Virus record (IMG/VR): IMGVR_UViG_3300025834_000005
Source of the DNA: a virus
Direction: 5' to 3' (one strand)
Length of the DNA stretch: 64,000 nucleotides
Made by a program: the position numbers and the translations under genes. Shown one piece after another: positions 17,883 to 27,521 of the stretch; positions within the stretch are counted from its first letter, which is position 1, and each line of letters starts with the position of its first letter. The notes under the pieces are model-generated. The model did not search any database, was not told the origin of the DNA, and worked only from the letters and a program-made list of their open reading frames with translations.

Positions 17883-18626
17883 ATGAAAAAGAAATATGAA
17901 TTATACTTCGCCGAAAAGGAGGATCAAGCTGTAATAGACTATATAACAACTGATTCCGCTGAGGAAAAGAATAGAATTTACAATGAGATATTGGTTGTAC
18001 CATTTAGTAAAATGATACAATCAATACTTAGAAAGTATCCTATATATATTGGGAACTATGATGTGGCTGAGGTTGAGGAAAACGCTTTAACCCACCTCAT
18101 TGAGCAAATGGTTAAATATAAACCGAATACGATAACAAAGGCAGGGTTTAAAACAAAAGCTTTTAGTTATTGCCAGACGATTGTACGCAACTATTATAAG
18201 GATCATGGTAGAAAAAGCTACATTGATAAAAAAACAAATTTATCGTATGAAGATTATACCGACGATTTTGATAATAGCTCGTCATATGCGTATGAAATTG
18301 ACGGTGATAATAATGTCGATATTCTCGATAACCTTATTCAATCTATAATCACTGAAATCATTGAAAAAATATCACAGCCCAATATTAAGAAAAATGAGTT
18401 AATTGTTGGCGATGCTATTATTAATATTTTACAAAATTGGGAATCTCTATTTAAAGAGGAAACACCTGATGGTAAATATAATAAGAGAGTTAGTAATATT
18501 TTTGCGAAAAATAAAATACTTCTATACCTGAAAGAGATAACAAATTTATCAACTAAAGAGATTAGAGTAGCCATTAAGCCTTTTAAAGAACTGTATTATA
18601 TGAAGAAACAGAGTTTTTTCTTGTAA
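17883..18626 (+). CDS. Sigma-70-family-like (region 2 + region 4) transcription factor, candidate phage late sigma
   Basis: IYNEILVVPFSKMIQSILRKY...DVAEVEENALTHLIEQMVKYKP...KAFSYCQTIVRNYYKDHGRKS follows the sigma region-2 pattern. The C-terminal NLSTKEIRVAIKPFKE is HTH-like. Confidence 0.5.
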   Translation: MKKKYELYFAEKEDQAVIDYITTDSAEEKNRIYNEILVVPFSKMIQSILRKYPIYIGNYDVAEVEENALTHLIEQMVKYKPNTITKAGFKTKAFSYCQTIVRNYYKDHGRKSYIDKKTNLSYEDYTDDFDNSSSYAYEIDGDNNVDILDNLIQSIITEIIEKISQPNIKKNELIVGDAIINILQNWESLFKEETPDGKYNKRVSNIFAKNKILLYLKEITNLSTKEIRVAIKPFKELYYMKKQSFFL

Positions 18627-18639
18627 AATCATTTCTCAA

Positions 18640-18649
18640 GTATTTATAT
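18640..18649 (+). promoter_or_regulatory. Late-promoter-like motif GTATTTATAT
   Basis: CAAGTATTTATATTT, 14 nt before the ATG at 18664 and directly after the sigma-like gene. Confidence 0.5.
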
Positions 18650-18663
18650 TTAAATAAGAAATA

Positions 18664-19026
18664 ATGACAAGACCTGTAAGAAAAAGAATTAAGTTTGATG
18701 AGGATAGCATGAATGATCTTTTACAAGAGATTTATGATGACTCTCATAATATTAGACAGAAAGCCATTAGATTATTTAATAAGTGGGAAATAAAGATTAA
18801 GGAAACTGGCGAGGTTGCCGCTATCGGTGATCAGCTGATAAAACTTATAGCAGCTGAAGCTAAAAATCAGGATCAGAAAATTCTACTTTTAAAATATTTG
18901 AAGGAAGTTGTCTTTGACTCAAAAAGCAAGGAAGTTGTTGGCGATGAGGATAAAGGCGTCGTTAGTAATGAGCGTAAGCAAGCTTTAATTGATATGGTTC
19001 ATGATGAGTTAGATAAAAGGTTATAA
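18664..19026 (+). CDS. Hypothetical protein (120 aa), first gene of a late-motif-driven operon
   Basis: ORF with GTATTTATAT 14 nt upstream. Charged and helical. Confidence 0.55.
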   Translation: MTRPVRKRIKFDEDSMNDLLQEIYDDSHNIRQKAIRLFNKWEIKIKETGEVAAIGDQLIKLIAAEAKNQDQKILLLKYLKEVVFDSKSKEVVGDEDKGVVSNERKQALIDMVHDELDKRL

Positions 19027-19028
19027 TT

Positions 19029-20327
19029 ATGAGTATCGGCGAAAGAAAGCAAAGTATTTTCAATACTATAGGTGCGCTTTCGTCATTACATGATGAAAAT
19101 GAAATTAAAAGGTTAAAAAAGACCTATAGTTCCATAAAAACAAAATCTAATGACGAAATCGCTTTTCTACTTGACATACTAAAACAAGTGGTTGGCGGAG
19201 CATTGCTTAAGCAAATGATAGGCGGATTATTAACAGACTTTTTTACGAAGGTTGAAACTGAGATGAGAACGCCTCTTAAGAAACAGTTTATCCAAGGCAA
19301 TAGCAATAGTCCTATACCCTCTTCTTTCACAGACGGCATAAGAGTCCCATTAAAAAATATTGATCCATATTCTAAGTTTAAAATAAAAACAGGCACAGTA
19401 GCTGACACTTTAAAATTCAACGCTGTGCCTGATTTTGATACAAAGGTTAGGGAAGCTGTATTATCGCAAGTTCCGAACATACCTTACCATAATCTTTTAA
19501 TAACATTCGATCAATCAACACAATCATTAATTTTTAAGCCTGATTTATCGTCTGCAACTATTGGCGAATGGTTTGCTAATTATATTGATACCGTCTCATT
19601 GATTAATAAACAAGAGGTTGTTACAAATGTTCTTGATGCTATTTTTGGTACTATAACAAAGTCGGAGGATAAAAGCATTGATCAGATATTAAATGAGCTG
19701 AAGGCTCAGCAGGCTTTAAATAATTTGATTGATGGTAATAATGATCCATTGGATTTGACACGATTAGCTAATGACGCAAATAATATAAAAAACGGCACAG
19801 CTGAATATGATATGGGTTGCGGCTATATTTATAGTAGCAGTACAACTGAATTTTTTTCAGGTGCAACAGTAAATATTACAACATCGACAGACCCTATATT
19901 CGTTGGCGATACTTTTGAGTCTTTTATAACTCAAGACGCCTCGAATAAATCGATTATAGATGATAATGCATCATCTGTTCGAGATAATTTTTTCACTAAG
20001 ATTATTAATATGATTAAGGGGAAGATTATAAATGCATTGGTGTTATCACCACAAATTATAGCATTAAGATCGATATCATCAACACTTTCATCTGGCGTTA
20101 CATCAACATCTGATAATATTTTAAGTGAGATTGATAATTCGAAGCAATTTATAAAATGTATAGCACCTGTGTTTATTAGTATGATGGTTGATTATATATA
20201 CGTTATCGTGGTGTCCGAATTGTCTAAATTATTAACACCTATAATCACAAAATTAGTGAAAGAGAAAACCAATCAGGTGAAAAGAATTATAAGAAGCCTA
20301 ATTCCAACAAAAATAATTAAGATATGA
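19029..20327 (+). CDS. Hypothetical structural protein (432 aa)
   Basis: Long ORF packed in the operon that ends with the spike gene. Hydrophobic C-terminal helix. Confidence 0.55.
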   Translation: MSIGERKQSIFNTIGALSSLHDENEIKRLKKTYSSIKTKSNDEIAFLLDILKQVVGGALLKQMIGGLLTDFFTKVETEMRTPLKKQFIQGNSNSPIPSSFTDGIRVPLKNIDPYSKFKIKTGTVADTLKFNAVPDFDTKVREAVLSQVPNIPYHNLLITFDQSTQSLIFKPDLSSATIGEWFANYIDTVSLINKQEVVTNVLDAIFGTITKSEDKSIDQILNELKAQQALNNLIDGNNDPLDLTRLANDANNIKNGTAEYDMGCGYIYSSSTTEFFSGATVNITTSTDPIFVGDTFESFITQDASNKSIIDDNASSVRDNFFTKIINMIKGKIINALVLSPQIIALRSISSTLSSGVTSTSDNILSEIDNSKQFIKCIAPVFISMMVDYIYVIVVSELSKLLTPIITKLVKEKTNQVKRIIRSLIPTKIIKI

Positions 20328-20713
20328 GCATAGAATCTATAATCGATAGCATATCCAAATTGCTTAACATAAATATCAGTTCAGCACCGACTGTCCCAAC
20401 ACCTTTAATTTTAACAGGCGTCGGAAACAGATCAGGATTATCGCCGATAAAGATTGCTTCGAGAATTATAGCCAGAAAAGCTGAGGCTGGTTTGCCAGTT
20501 GGTGTGTTATCGACAGGTGAAGCCGCTCCCGATGAAATAATGGAAAGAATTAGAGTTGAGGAGATAATTAGAGCACTTCAGGAAGAGGCTATCATATTGA
20601 TAGCCATACCCCCAGGCATTCCGATTAATGCGACAGGTACATCACCAGCAGGCCCTGTAACCGTACTCGGATCAACCGTAAAAATATCAGGTGGTAAAGG
20701 AATAATACTATAA
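20324..20713 (+). CDS. Hypothetical protein (129 aa)
   Basis: ATGA-type overlap with the upstream gene. No motif recognised. Confidence 0.5.
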   Translation: MSIESIIDSISKLLNINISSAPTVPTPLILTGVGNRSGLSPIKIASRIIARKAEAGLPVGVLSTGEAAPDEIMERIRVEEIIRALQEEAIILIAIPPGIPINATGTSPAGPVTVLGSTVKISGGKGIIL

Positions 20714-20714
20714 T

Positions 20715-20933
20715 ATGGAGACTTTAACAGAATATACACCAACAGAATTGCTTCATGAAATTAATATCGTTAAAGCATCTCATGAGAGATTAAAAAATGA
20801 TGTTATCGAGCTAACTCAAGTTATTGACGAGACAACGATACTTATTAACAATAAATTGGATTTTATAAGAGACCTTGAGAAGAGATATATTGAGCTTATT
20901 GATGAAATGAATGACAGAAATTTAATCGAATAA
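20715..20933 (+). CDS. Hypothetical coiled-coil protein (72 aa)
   Basis: Small ORF tightly packed in the operon. Confidence 0.45.
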   Translation: METLTEYTPTELLHEINIVKASHERLKNDVIELTQVIDETTILINNKLDFIRDLEKRYIELIDEMNDRNLIE

Positions 20934-20935
20934 AA

Positions 20936-21823
20936 ATGTATACCGAAAAAACAATACATACAAATAGGATATTCACAAGCGGTGCTGACCATAGTGATAA
21001 TACGAGATCAATCTATTATGGCGAGGTTATATCCATTGATGACCCTACCGATGGCGGTAGAATAAAGGTAAAAATACTTGAATTAGATAATAAAATCGCT
21101 GAAAAAGAATTACCTTATTGTAGTCCTATTTTACCTAAGTATATTCATTTATATCCTAAAATAGGTGAAGTTGTTAGAGTTTTTATAATGGATGTTAAAT
21201 ATCCTAATAGAAATAGATTATGGCTTGGTAGTGTCATATCACAACCTCAGAAAATAGAATTCGATTCAGTATACACAGCATTATCAACCACTGAAATGGG
21301 TATGATTGAGCCGTTAAAGTCAATTAAGACGAACCCAAATGCTAAGGATGTGTTTCCAGATAGTGAAGATATTGGTATTATAGGTAGAGTTAATACAGAT
21401 GTGATTCTAAAAAAGAATCAGGTTGTGATAAGAGCTGGAAAACATGTCAATGGCGATATAACTACTCTCAATACAACGAACCCAGCTGCGTTGATAATGA
21501 CATTTGAGCCAAAAATTAATAGTACAGATTATTATAGTAGTTCAATTTTAATGTCGGATAAAATTGCTTTATTATCTCACGATGGAAATCCTAATTTTAA
21601 GCCATCGAGACTTACGGCACAGGATAGGATTAATATATTTGAAAATGGTCACCCGATAGGTAGAGGTGATGTTATTCTACAAATTTTTGAAATGTTTAAA
21701 AAGGCATTATTAACACATAGACATGGTTACTCAAATACTCCGCCGTTAGCTGAACCCTTATTAACGGATATTGAGAAATTTGAATTAGAAAAACTTCTAC
21801 AGAAAAATATCGTAACAAATTAA
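20936..21823 (+). CDS. Baseplate central spike/hub protein (gp5 N-terminal OB / gpV-like)
   Basis: YYGEVISIDDPTDGGRIKVKILELD....LPYCSPILPKYIHLYPKIGEVVRVFIMD fits the G.V..v.DP...GRikVki....lP.a.P....P..Ge.V.Vf spike OB-fold signature. Confidence 0.6.
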   Translation: MYTEKTIHTNRIFTSGADHSDNTRSIYYGEVISIDDPTDGGRIKVKILELDNKIAEKELPYCSPILPKYIHLYPKIGEVVRVFIMDVKYPNRNRLWLGSVISQPQKIEFDSVYTALSTTEMGMIEPLKSIKTNPNAKDVFPDSEDIGIIGRVNTDVILKKNQVVIRAGKHVNGDITTLNTTNPAALIMTFEPKINSTDYYSSSILMSDKIALLSHDGNPNFKPSRLTAQDRINIFENGHPIGRGDVILQIFEMFKKALLTHRHGYSNTPPLAEPLLTDIEKFELEKLLQKNIVTN

Positions 21824-21826
21824 AAC

Positions 21827-21861
21827 AAAAAAAAATCGTATAAATAATATACGATTTTTTT
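21827..21861. terminator. Bidirectional intrinsic terminator
   Basis: A-run + atcgtata-N5-tatacgat + T-run, between convergent spike (+) and tube (-) genes. Confidence 0.7.
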
Positions 21862-21875
21862 GTTTGTTTAGTCTG

Positions 21876-22364
21876 TTATACGTTAAGTATGCATCTCCAA
21901 GGTTGAATTTTTACATTCACTGTAGCAAGACCGTCATCATCATAACTGTTTTCTCCGAAGTCAATGGATACGATCTGGCACTGCTCTAACAACCATTTTT
22001 CAACCTCAACACCTGTTGGGTCGAGAGCGAACACTAAAAGGTCTTTTTTATATCCAGCAGCATAACCCATACGTCCAGTTAATGACTCTACATGAAGACG
22101 AGTCCATTCCATAAGTTGCTGTGAAGTCGATGGCCCGATTACATCAAGGAATGTAAGGTCAATCTCTTGCCAAGCATATGCACCTGCGACATAATTTGTC
22201 TCATTCATAAACTTGACCTCTGTTTTATTTATGTTCAATGCTGGTCTTTTTGCTTTCTGAATAGACCATACTTCAATTCCTAATTCGTCTGGAAAACGTA
22301 CATAGAATCTGTTTATGCGTTTTGGTTCATATGCTAAAGGAATCCCCCTAATTAAATCTGCCAT
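21876..22364 (-). CDS. Tail tube protein (gp19-like)
   Basis: 162 aa, immediately downstream of the sheath gene. RFYVRFPDELG...EVKFMNETNYVAGAYAWQEIDLTFLDV...YKKDLLVFALDPTG is tube-like. Confidence 0.8.
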   Translation of the reverse strand: MADLIRGIPLAYEPKRINRFYVRFPDELGIEVWSIQKAKRPALNINKTEVKFMNETNYVAGAYAWQEIDLTFLDVIGPSTSQQLMEWTRLHVESLTGRMGYAAGYKKDLLVFALDPTGVEVEKWLLEQCQIVSIDFGENSYDDDGLATVNVKIQPWRCILNV

Positions 22365-22377
22365 GTTATCAATTTTT

Positions 22378-22387
22378 ATATAAATAC
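22378..22387 (-). promoter_or_regulatory. Late-promoter-like motif GTATTTATAT
   Basis: AAGTATTTATATAA, 13 nt before the tail-tube ATG. Confidence 0.5.
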
Positions 22388-22397
22388 TTATTTTTTT

Positions 22398-22436
22398 AAA
22401 AATTGAGCTTATAAAATATTCATAAGCTCAATTTTT
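22398..22436 (-). terminator. Hairpin terminator/attenuator between sheath and tube genes
   Basis: aaaaattgagcttat-N9-ataagctcaattttt, immediately after the sheath stop. The tube gene has its own late motif just downstream. Confidence 0.6.
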
Positions 22437-22438
22437 GT

Positions 22439-25222
22439 TTAAATCTCTGAAAACGATGCGCCAGATGCTGCAATCGTGAAACCGATTCCGATCTTTTCAA
22501 GTGAACGAGTAGGTTTTAAATAAATCTCACCATATAACTCATTTCTATCTAAAGACTCAGGAGTGTTTAAAGTTTCATCCATTACAACCTTAAATTCTAA
22601 CAAACCTCTTTCTCTTTTTATACCATCCAAAATCGGATTTGTTTTTAATTTGAATTGATCGATAGTGGCTTGATCGTTTTGATCAAATATAAGTCTCATG
22701 GCAATGTTTGAAATTAATACTTTAACCTGAAGTAATAATCTTCTAACGTTTATTCTATCAAGAGCACTTTCTCTAATCTGTAATGTTTTCTGACCAAAAA
22801 TAGCTGTGCCAGTGTTTGTGAAATCTACCATAGGATTGATTCTACCTTTGCCGAGAATATCACGAGCATCTTGACTTAGTTTATATTTCGATCTTCTCGC
22901 ATCGGTAACACCACGTTCTAAACCAGCTGGTGCAAACCAAGGTGCTTTTTTTGTATCAGTATAAGCGATTGCTTTAACAACCTCACCTGTAGGTGGAAGA
23001 TACACATTTACATTATTCTGAGTATCTTTAACCTGAACATATGGGAAATATGTGCATGCGTAGCTACTATCAATACCTGTACTATCCAAAAGATCAACAA
23101 TATCATTCGATGCTACAACATCTGTATTATTATTATCGCCGATTGCCATTGATATATCAATGTTTGGTGCATCGATAATATATAAGCTATCTGTTCTCTG
23201 TTCTTCGATCATTTCAATGGTTTTTGTAACCAATGTTGTATTATCTGACCAGTTGATTGCAGGTGTTGCAAATATGTTTATCGTTACCTTCTCAGGGTTT
23301 GAATATGTATTTATAGCAGTTTCCCATGCCTGATAGTCATTTGACGGTGTAATTCCATCATCTACGCCATCATATAAAGCAGACTTGTTGTAAAGGTCTG
23401 TATTGGTGCGGAAAGTTCTGTTAATATCCCATCCATCAAATCCACCAGAAAGTGCAAATGTAAATTTTCTTGTTTTTATAGAGTAGTATGCATTTGATTG
23501 ACTGAAAACATCAAATACTGTTTTAAAGCTGCTTACGCCAACTTCAAATTCAACAGGTTCAAGGGTATTTGTTAATACACTTGCAGCATCTACGTCCATG
23601 TGGAAACCCTTAGTTTTTGTAAAACCAGTAGGATTGCTTTCGCCACTCTTCCATCCGTTAAAATTAAACATATTCTGATTAATACCCGAACCTGCGGTAC
23701 TTGTTGTACTATAAGCTGTGTTAGATATTCCTAAATAAGTTTTAGCAACCTTATCAGTGTATGTGTAGTTTGATTTGTAGTGAATTTTTGGTGATATGAT
23801 ACCATTATTATAAGTATTGAACATATAACCTTCAAATCCAGCTGGAAATGATTCAGGAGTAATGCTATCAGCTAATTCAATCATAACATAGCTGCTCATA
23901 AGATCGTAATTCTCATCAATAGTCCCGATTCTCTTACCAATATAATTGGTTTTTGTTTGGATCAGTGAACACCTTGAAAATGATTCAAGTACATTTGGAT
24001 TCGCATCTGTGTCATAGAATGATCTAATCAATACATCAAATTCAAGAGATTCTGGGTTAATATTTACAATACTAACTTTAATTTCTTGATTAGCAGAGTC
24101 ACCGTCAGAAATTGAGATAAATCTAAACAATCTATCAACAATATTACCTTTTAATTGAGATACTACCCAAGGTGATTCAGGTGTTTTAAACATTGTTTTA
24201 CGATTCGTAAAGATATCGTTTGTATGTTTTGTAACGATATCAGATACCCCAAAAGCATATGGAGATACGCCAGATAAATTTGTATCTGATGTAAAATCAA
24301 TACCATCAACATCTAAAGTCTTGATAAGGTCTGGATATACAGATTCTACCCAAATATGTGTCTGTTTATCTGTTGGCGTTGTGCCTAATACATTTGAAAT
24401 GAAATTACTGCTATTAGGATTTAAAGACACATTATATGTGGCTGTTCCACCAGTTGGTAGATCAGAATTAATTGCTAATGTAGCTGTTATTGTGAATTCG
24501 CCAAATAAGTCTCCAGATAAATCATTAGTGTTATTAGTTGTTATGTTAATGTCTGTTACAGCAAATATAGTGCTTGATGGTGCATTTACGCCGTCGATTA
24601 CAACCGCCTTACTTCTAAGAACAGCTAATACCATGTTTTGATGATCAGCATAAGGCGCACCTGTCAAAGTTGTTTTTACGAATGAGACAGTGCCTATTTT
24701 TCCTGTAATGGCTGTAACTTCGAAAGTATAATAATCACCTGCAAATGTTCCTAAATTTAAGCCAAAACCATTGAAGGTATTACCTGTCTGACCTATAGAC
24801 GTTAAATTTACGCCATAAAAAGTACCATCAGTGAATCCTGATGTACCACTAACAACTGTCGTACCTGACACTGTTGAAGGGTCAACGCCAGCATTTAGGA
24901 CAACTGTCCAAGCAGCACCAGCATCATATCCTGACAACCCTAATACTCTGGTAACCCATAGTTGATTAGACTCCTGTAAATATGAATTGGCAACATATGG
25001 TAATTGATATCTTAAGTTTCCATTACTATATTTAGAAGTATCTTGTCCTCCAAATTTATTTAAAAATTGAGGTCTATCTTCGATGTAAAATGGCTCGAAT
25101 GCAGGGCCTTTTAACGTTTCGCCCACAAGTCCAAGCGTTGTAACACCAACATTACGAGTAACATAGGTTAGATCACGTTCCTTAAACTTGACCCCAGGCG
25201 AGGTAAAAATAAATTCAGTCAT
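22439..25222 (-). CDS. Contractile tail sheath protein (gp18-like)
   Basis: 927 aa. The conserved C-terminus INPMVDFTNTGTAIFGQKTLQ....LDRINVRRLLLQVK......LIFDQND is typical of sheath proteins. Confidence 0.85.
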   Translation of the reverse strand: MTEFIFTSPGVKFKERDLTYVTRNVGVTTLGLVGETLKGPAFEPFYIEDRPQFLNKFGGQDTSKYSNGNLRYQLPYVANSYLQESNQLWVTRVLGLSGYDAGAAWTVVLNAGVDPSTVSGTTVVSGTSGFTDGTFYGVNLTSIGQTGNTFNGFGLNLGTFAGDYYTFEVTAITGKIGTVSFVKTTLTGAPYADHQNMVLAVLRSKAVVIDGVNAPSSTIFAVTDINITTNNTNDLSGDLFGEFTITATLAINSDLPTGGTATYNVSLNPNSSNFISNVLGTTPTDKQTHIWVESVYPDLIKTLDVDGIDFTSDTNLSGVSPYAFGVSDIVTKHTNDIFTNRKTMFKTPESPWVVSQLKGNIVDRLFRFISISDGDSANQEIKVSIVNINPESLEFDVLIRSFYDTDANPNVLESFSRCSLIQTKTNYIGKRIGTIDENYDLMSSYVMIELADSITPESFPAGFEGYMFNTYNNGIISPKIHYKSNYTYTDKVAKTYLGISNTAYSTTSTAGSGINQNMFNFNGWKSGESNPTGFTKTKGFHMDVDAASVLTNTLEPVEFEVGVSSFKTVFDVFSQSNAYYSIKTRKFTFALSGGFDGWDINRTFRTNTDLYNKSALYDGVDDGITPSNDYQAWETAINTYSNPEKVTINIFATPAINWSDNTTLVTKTIEMIEEQRTDSLYIIDAPNIDISMAIGDNNNTDVVASNDIVDLLDSTGIDSSYACTYFPYVQVKDTQNNVNVYLPPTGEVVKAIAYTDTKKAPWFAPAGLERGVTDARRSKYKLSQDARDILGKGRINPMVDFTNTGTAIFGQKTLQIRESALDRINVRRLLLQVKVLISNIAMRLIFDQNDQATIDQFKLKTNPILDGIKRERGLLEFKVVMDETLNTPESLDRNELYGEIYLKPTRSLEKIGIGFTIAASGASFSEI

Positions 25223-25255
25223 ATCTTATTGTTTAATTTTTATTAATTATTTTAT

Positions 25256-25265
25256 ATATAAATAC
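25256..25265 (-). promoter_or_regulatory. Late-promoter-like motif GTATTTATAT
   Basis: TAGTATTTATATAT, 33 nt before the sheath ATG. Confidence 0.5.
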
Positions 25266-25345
25266 TATTTATTACGCTAAAAGATTGAATTACAAAAAAA
25301 TTTGTTAGCGAATTGATGTCGCTTTTTTATAAAAAACAAAAACGA

Positions 25346-25355
25346 GTATTTATCA
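25346..25355 (+). promoter_or_regulatory. Late-promoter-like motif, variant GTATTTATCA
   Basis: 17 nt before the ATG at 25373. An opposite-orientation copy (ACTATTTATATAT) also lies at about 25360-25372, so the orientation here is ambiguous. Confidence 0.3.
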
Positions 25356-25372
25356 TTGAATATATAAATAGT

Positions 25373-27517
25373 ATGAATAAAACGAGTGTAATAGTTTCAG
25401 GCACAACTAATGATGATAAATATATTAAGCTTAAATTAGAGCAAGACGTTAAATCGTTAGAAGTCCTTAGTTTAAGCATTTCCACGAGTGATGTATATCA
25501 GGATTTTAATTCAAATTATGGCATTTTAGTCGGCAGAGTAAATGGTAACGATAGCGTGGGTATCCCCAATGCAAAAATATCTGTTTTTATTCCTTTAACC
25601 GATGAAGATTCCACAAATAGTGTGATTAAAGGTTTATATCCTTACACTAATCCACGAATGAAAAATATAGATGGGAAACGATATAATTTATTGCCACGTG
25701 TTGGTAAAAGCAATCCAGTTACAGGCATCGTAGCACCTATGCAGCCATTTGGGTCATTTCCAATTAAGGAGGAGGTTATCACAAGTGAATCATTTATGGG
25801 CGTTTATAAGAAGTACTATAAATATACAGCCATTACTAACGATTCAGGTGATTATATGATATTTGGCGTACCTATTGGTCAGCAAACCGTACATTTAAGC
25901 GTAGATATTACCGATATAGGTAAATACTCAATGACGCCAGCTGCAATGGTTATAAACCTTGGTTATTCTCCTAATCTATTCTATAATAATAGAACAAGAA
26001 TCAAGGAAAGTAATGATCTAAATGACTTGCCTAATATTGAAACACAAGAAGTTGGTGTGGACATTGTTCCATTTTGGGGCGATACAGTAAATTATGAGAT
26101 AGGTATTACTCGACAGGATTTTAAAATAAGATCAATACTTGCCAATACATTCACATTATTCGGCTCTATATTTACTGATGGAGAACTATCATCATGGGGT
26201 GCTGACGAGGCTGAGAATAATAGATTAATACGTGAGTTATATAATTTAAGATCTATAAATGGCGACGATGGCTTATTTAATGTGGGTATAGCATCAAAAA
26301 GAAATGCTATCGTTACAGAAAAAATATACTATTATCCTTCGGATATCACTGATGATGATATTACTTCTGGCAGAGCAACATCACGAAATATGGCTGTTTT
26401 AGATAAAAATGAATATTCATCATATTATAAGAACGGTTCATTTGCGTTTATTGTTAATTGTAATCGACGTAAAGTAATAACAGATAAGTTAGGTAATGAA
26501 ACCGTTGTCGATAATAACTTTAATGGTGGTATTTACACCAGATTTAGAGGTTTTGCTACATTTGAAATTAGTGATAGATTTGCTCCGTTAAACCTCGATG
26601 ATGAGATTGGTCATGCGACAAGACTTAGATCGTTCAGATATAAGTTGAAAGTACCTCAATCAGCCGCACAAAATAATTCTTTCAAACAGTTTAATCCTGA
26701 TGGTAGCGAATCAAGTGGAACAACTGCTTGGCGTAAACAGGATTATGTTTTTACAGGTGGTACTTATTACAGCGTTGCTAAATTTCATGGTATGGTGTAT
26801 AATGATCAGGATGATTCACAGGGTAGAGATTTGAATAATGGATACTTAGACCTTGATAAAGTTAATAACGGTACTTTTTACTATAGACATAATGTTGGAA
26901 TCATTCAAACAGATGATTCGATAGTGATTAATCCTGTTACAACAGGTAGCACTTCTGGCGATACACCTTTAGAGAATCATTTATATAATTTTCCATCAAA
27001 TATAACCAATGGCGGACATAAATATTTTGGCGGTAACTGGCTTAATTTTTCGTTACATTTTCCGCAGGTTGGATATTGTTATACTGGTTACAGTAATATA
27101 AGAAGTATGAGATCAACAACGAATTTTACTCCCGATTGTACAGCTCCTTTCTTTTTTGAGGATAATGATCAGGAAATAGCAGCTGGTGAGACAAATACAC
27201 GAGGGTTTGCACGTTCAGATTTACATTTTACATCATTTGTAAATATAGATAAAGCAGATTTACTTAATTTTGTTGAGGTTTATAATACTACAGGTGGAAC
27301 TATAAACGGCTTTACTGATCTTGATGTTTCTGGATTAACATCACTCTCATCTTTTAAAAATGGCTCTGATGATTGTCCTGTTAACATGAGCGGAGTGAAA
27401 ACAGGTGGTAAAATAAATTCAGACCCAGCGCAATCCATTGACCCTCGTACTTATTTCTTCAAGGGACTTGGCGTTTCAGATTGCTTTAGACTTTTAAGAG
27501 AGATTGGCATAATATAA
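25373..27517 (+). CDS. Structural (baseplate?) protein with an N-terminal CarboxypepD_reg-like beta-sandwich
   Basis: VGRVNGNDSVGIPNAKISVFIP and ITNDSGDYMIFGVPIGQQTVHLSV resemble carboxypeptidase-regulatory-like domains. I prefer the ATG at 25373 (MNKTSV...) over the track start at 25313. Confidence 0.55.
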   Translation: MNKTSVIVSGTTNDDKYIKLKLEQDVKSLEVLSLSISTSDVYQDFNSNYGILVGRVNGNDSVGIPNAKISVFIPLTDEDSTNSVIKGLYPYTNPRMKNIDGKRYNLLPRVGKSNPVTGIVAPMQPFGSFPIKEEVITSESFMGVYKKYYKYTAITNDSGDYMIFGVPIGQQTVHLSVDITDIGKYSMTPAAMVINLGYSPNLFYNNRTRIKESNDLNDLPNIETQEVGVDIVPFWGDTVNYEIGITRQDFKIRSILANTFTLFGSIFTDGELSSWGADEAENNRLIRELYNLRSINGDDGLFNVGIASKRNAIVTEKIYYYPSDITDDDITSGRATSRNMAVLDKNEYSSYYKNGSFAFIVNCNRRKVITDKLGNETVVDNNFNGGIYTRFRGFATFEISDRFAPLNLDDEIGHATRLRSFRYKLKVPQSAAQNNSFKQFNPDGSESSGTTAWRKQDYVFTGGTYYSVAKFHGMVYNDQDDSQGRDLNNGYLDLDKVNNGTFYYRHNVGIIQTDDSIVINPVTTGSTSGDTPLENHLYNFPSNITNGGHKYFGGNWLNFSLHFPQVGYCYTGYSNIRSMRSTTNFTPDCTAPFFFEDNDQEIAAGETNTRGFARSDLHFTSFVNIDKADLLNFVEVYNTTGGTINGFTDLDVSGLTSLSSFKNGSDDCPVNMSGVKTGGKINSDPAQSIDPRTYFFKGLGVSDCFRLLREIGII

Positions 27518-27521
27518 AACT

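Noticed and set aside
25313-25372. N-terminal extensions in the ORF track: 25313 (MMSLFYKK...), 30341 (TTG start), 31846 and 33712.
   Set aside because: The extensions run through promoter motifs or overlap the preceding gene extensively. Internal ATGs at 25373, 30386, 31876 and 33796 fit the packing and promoter positions better.
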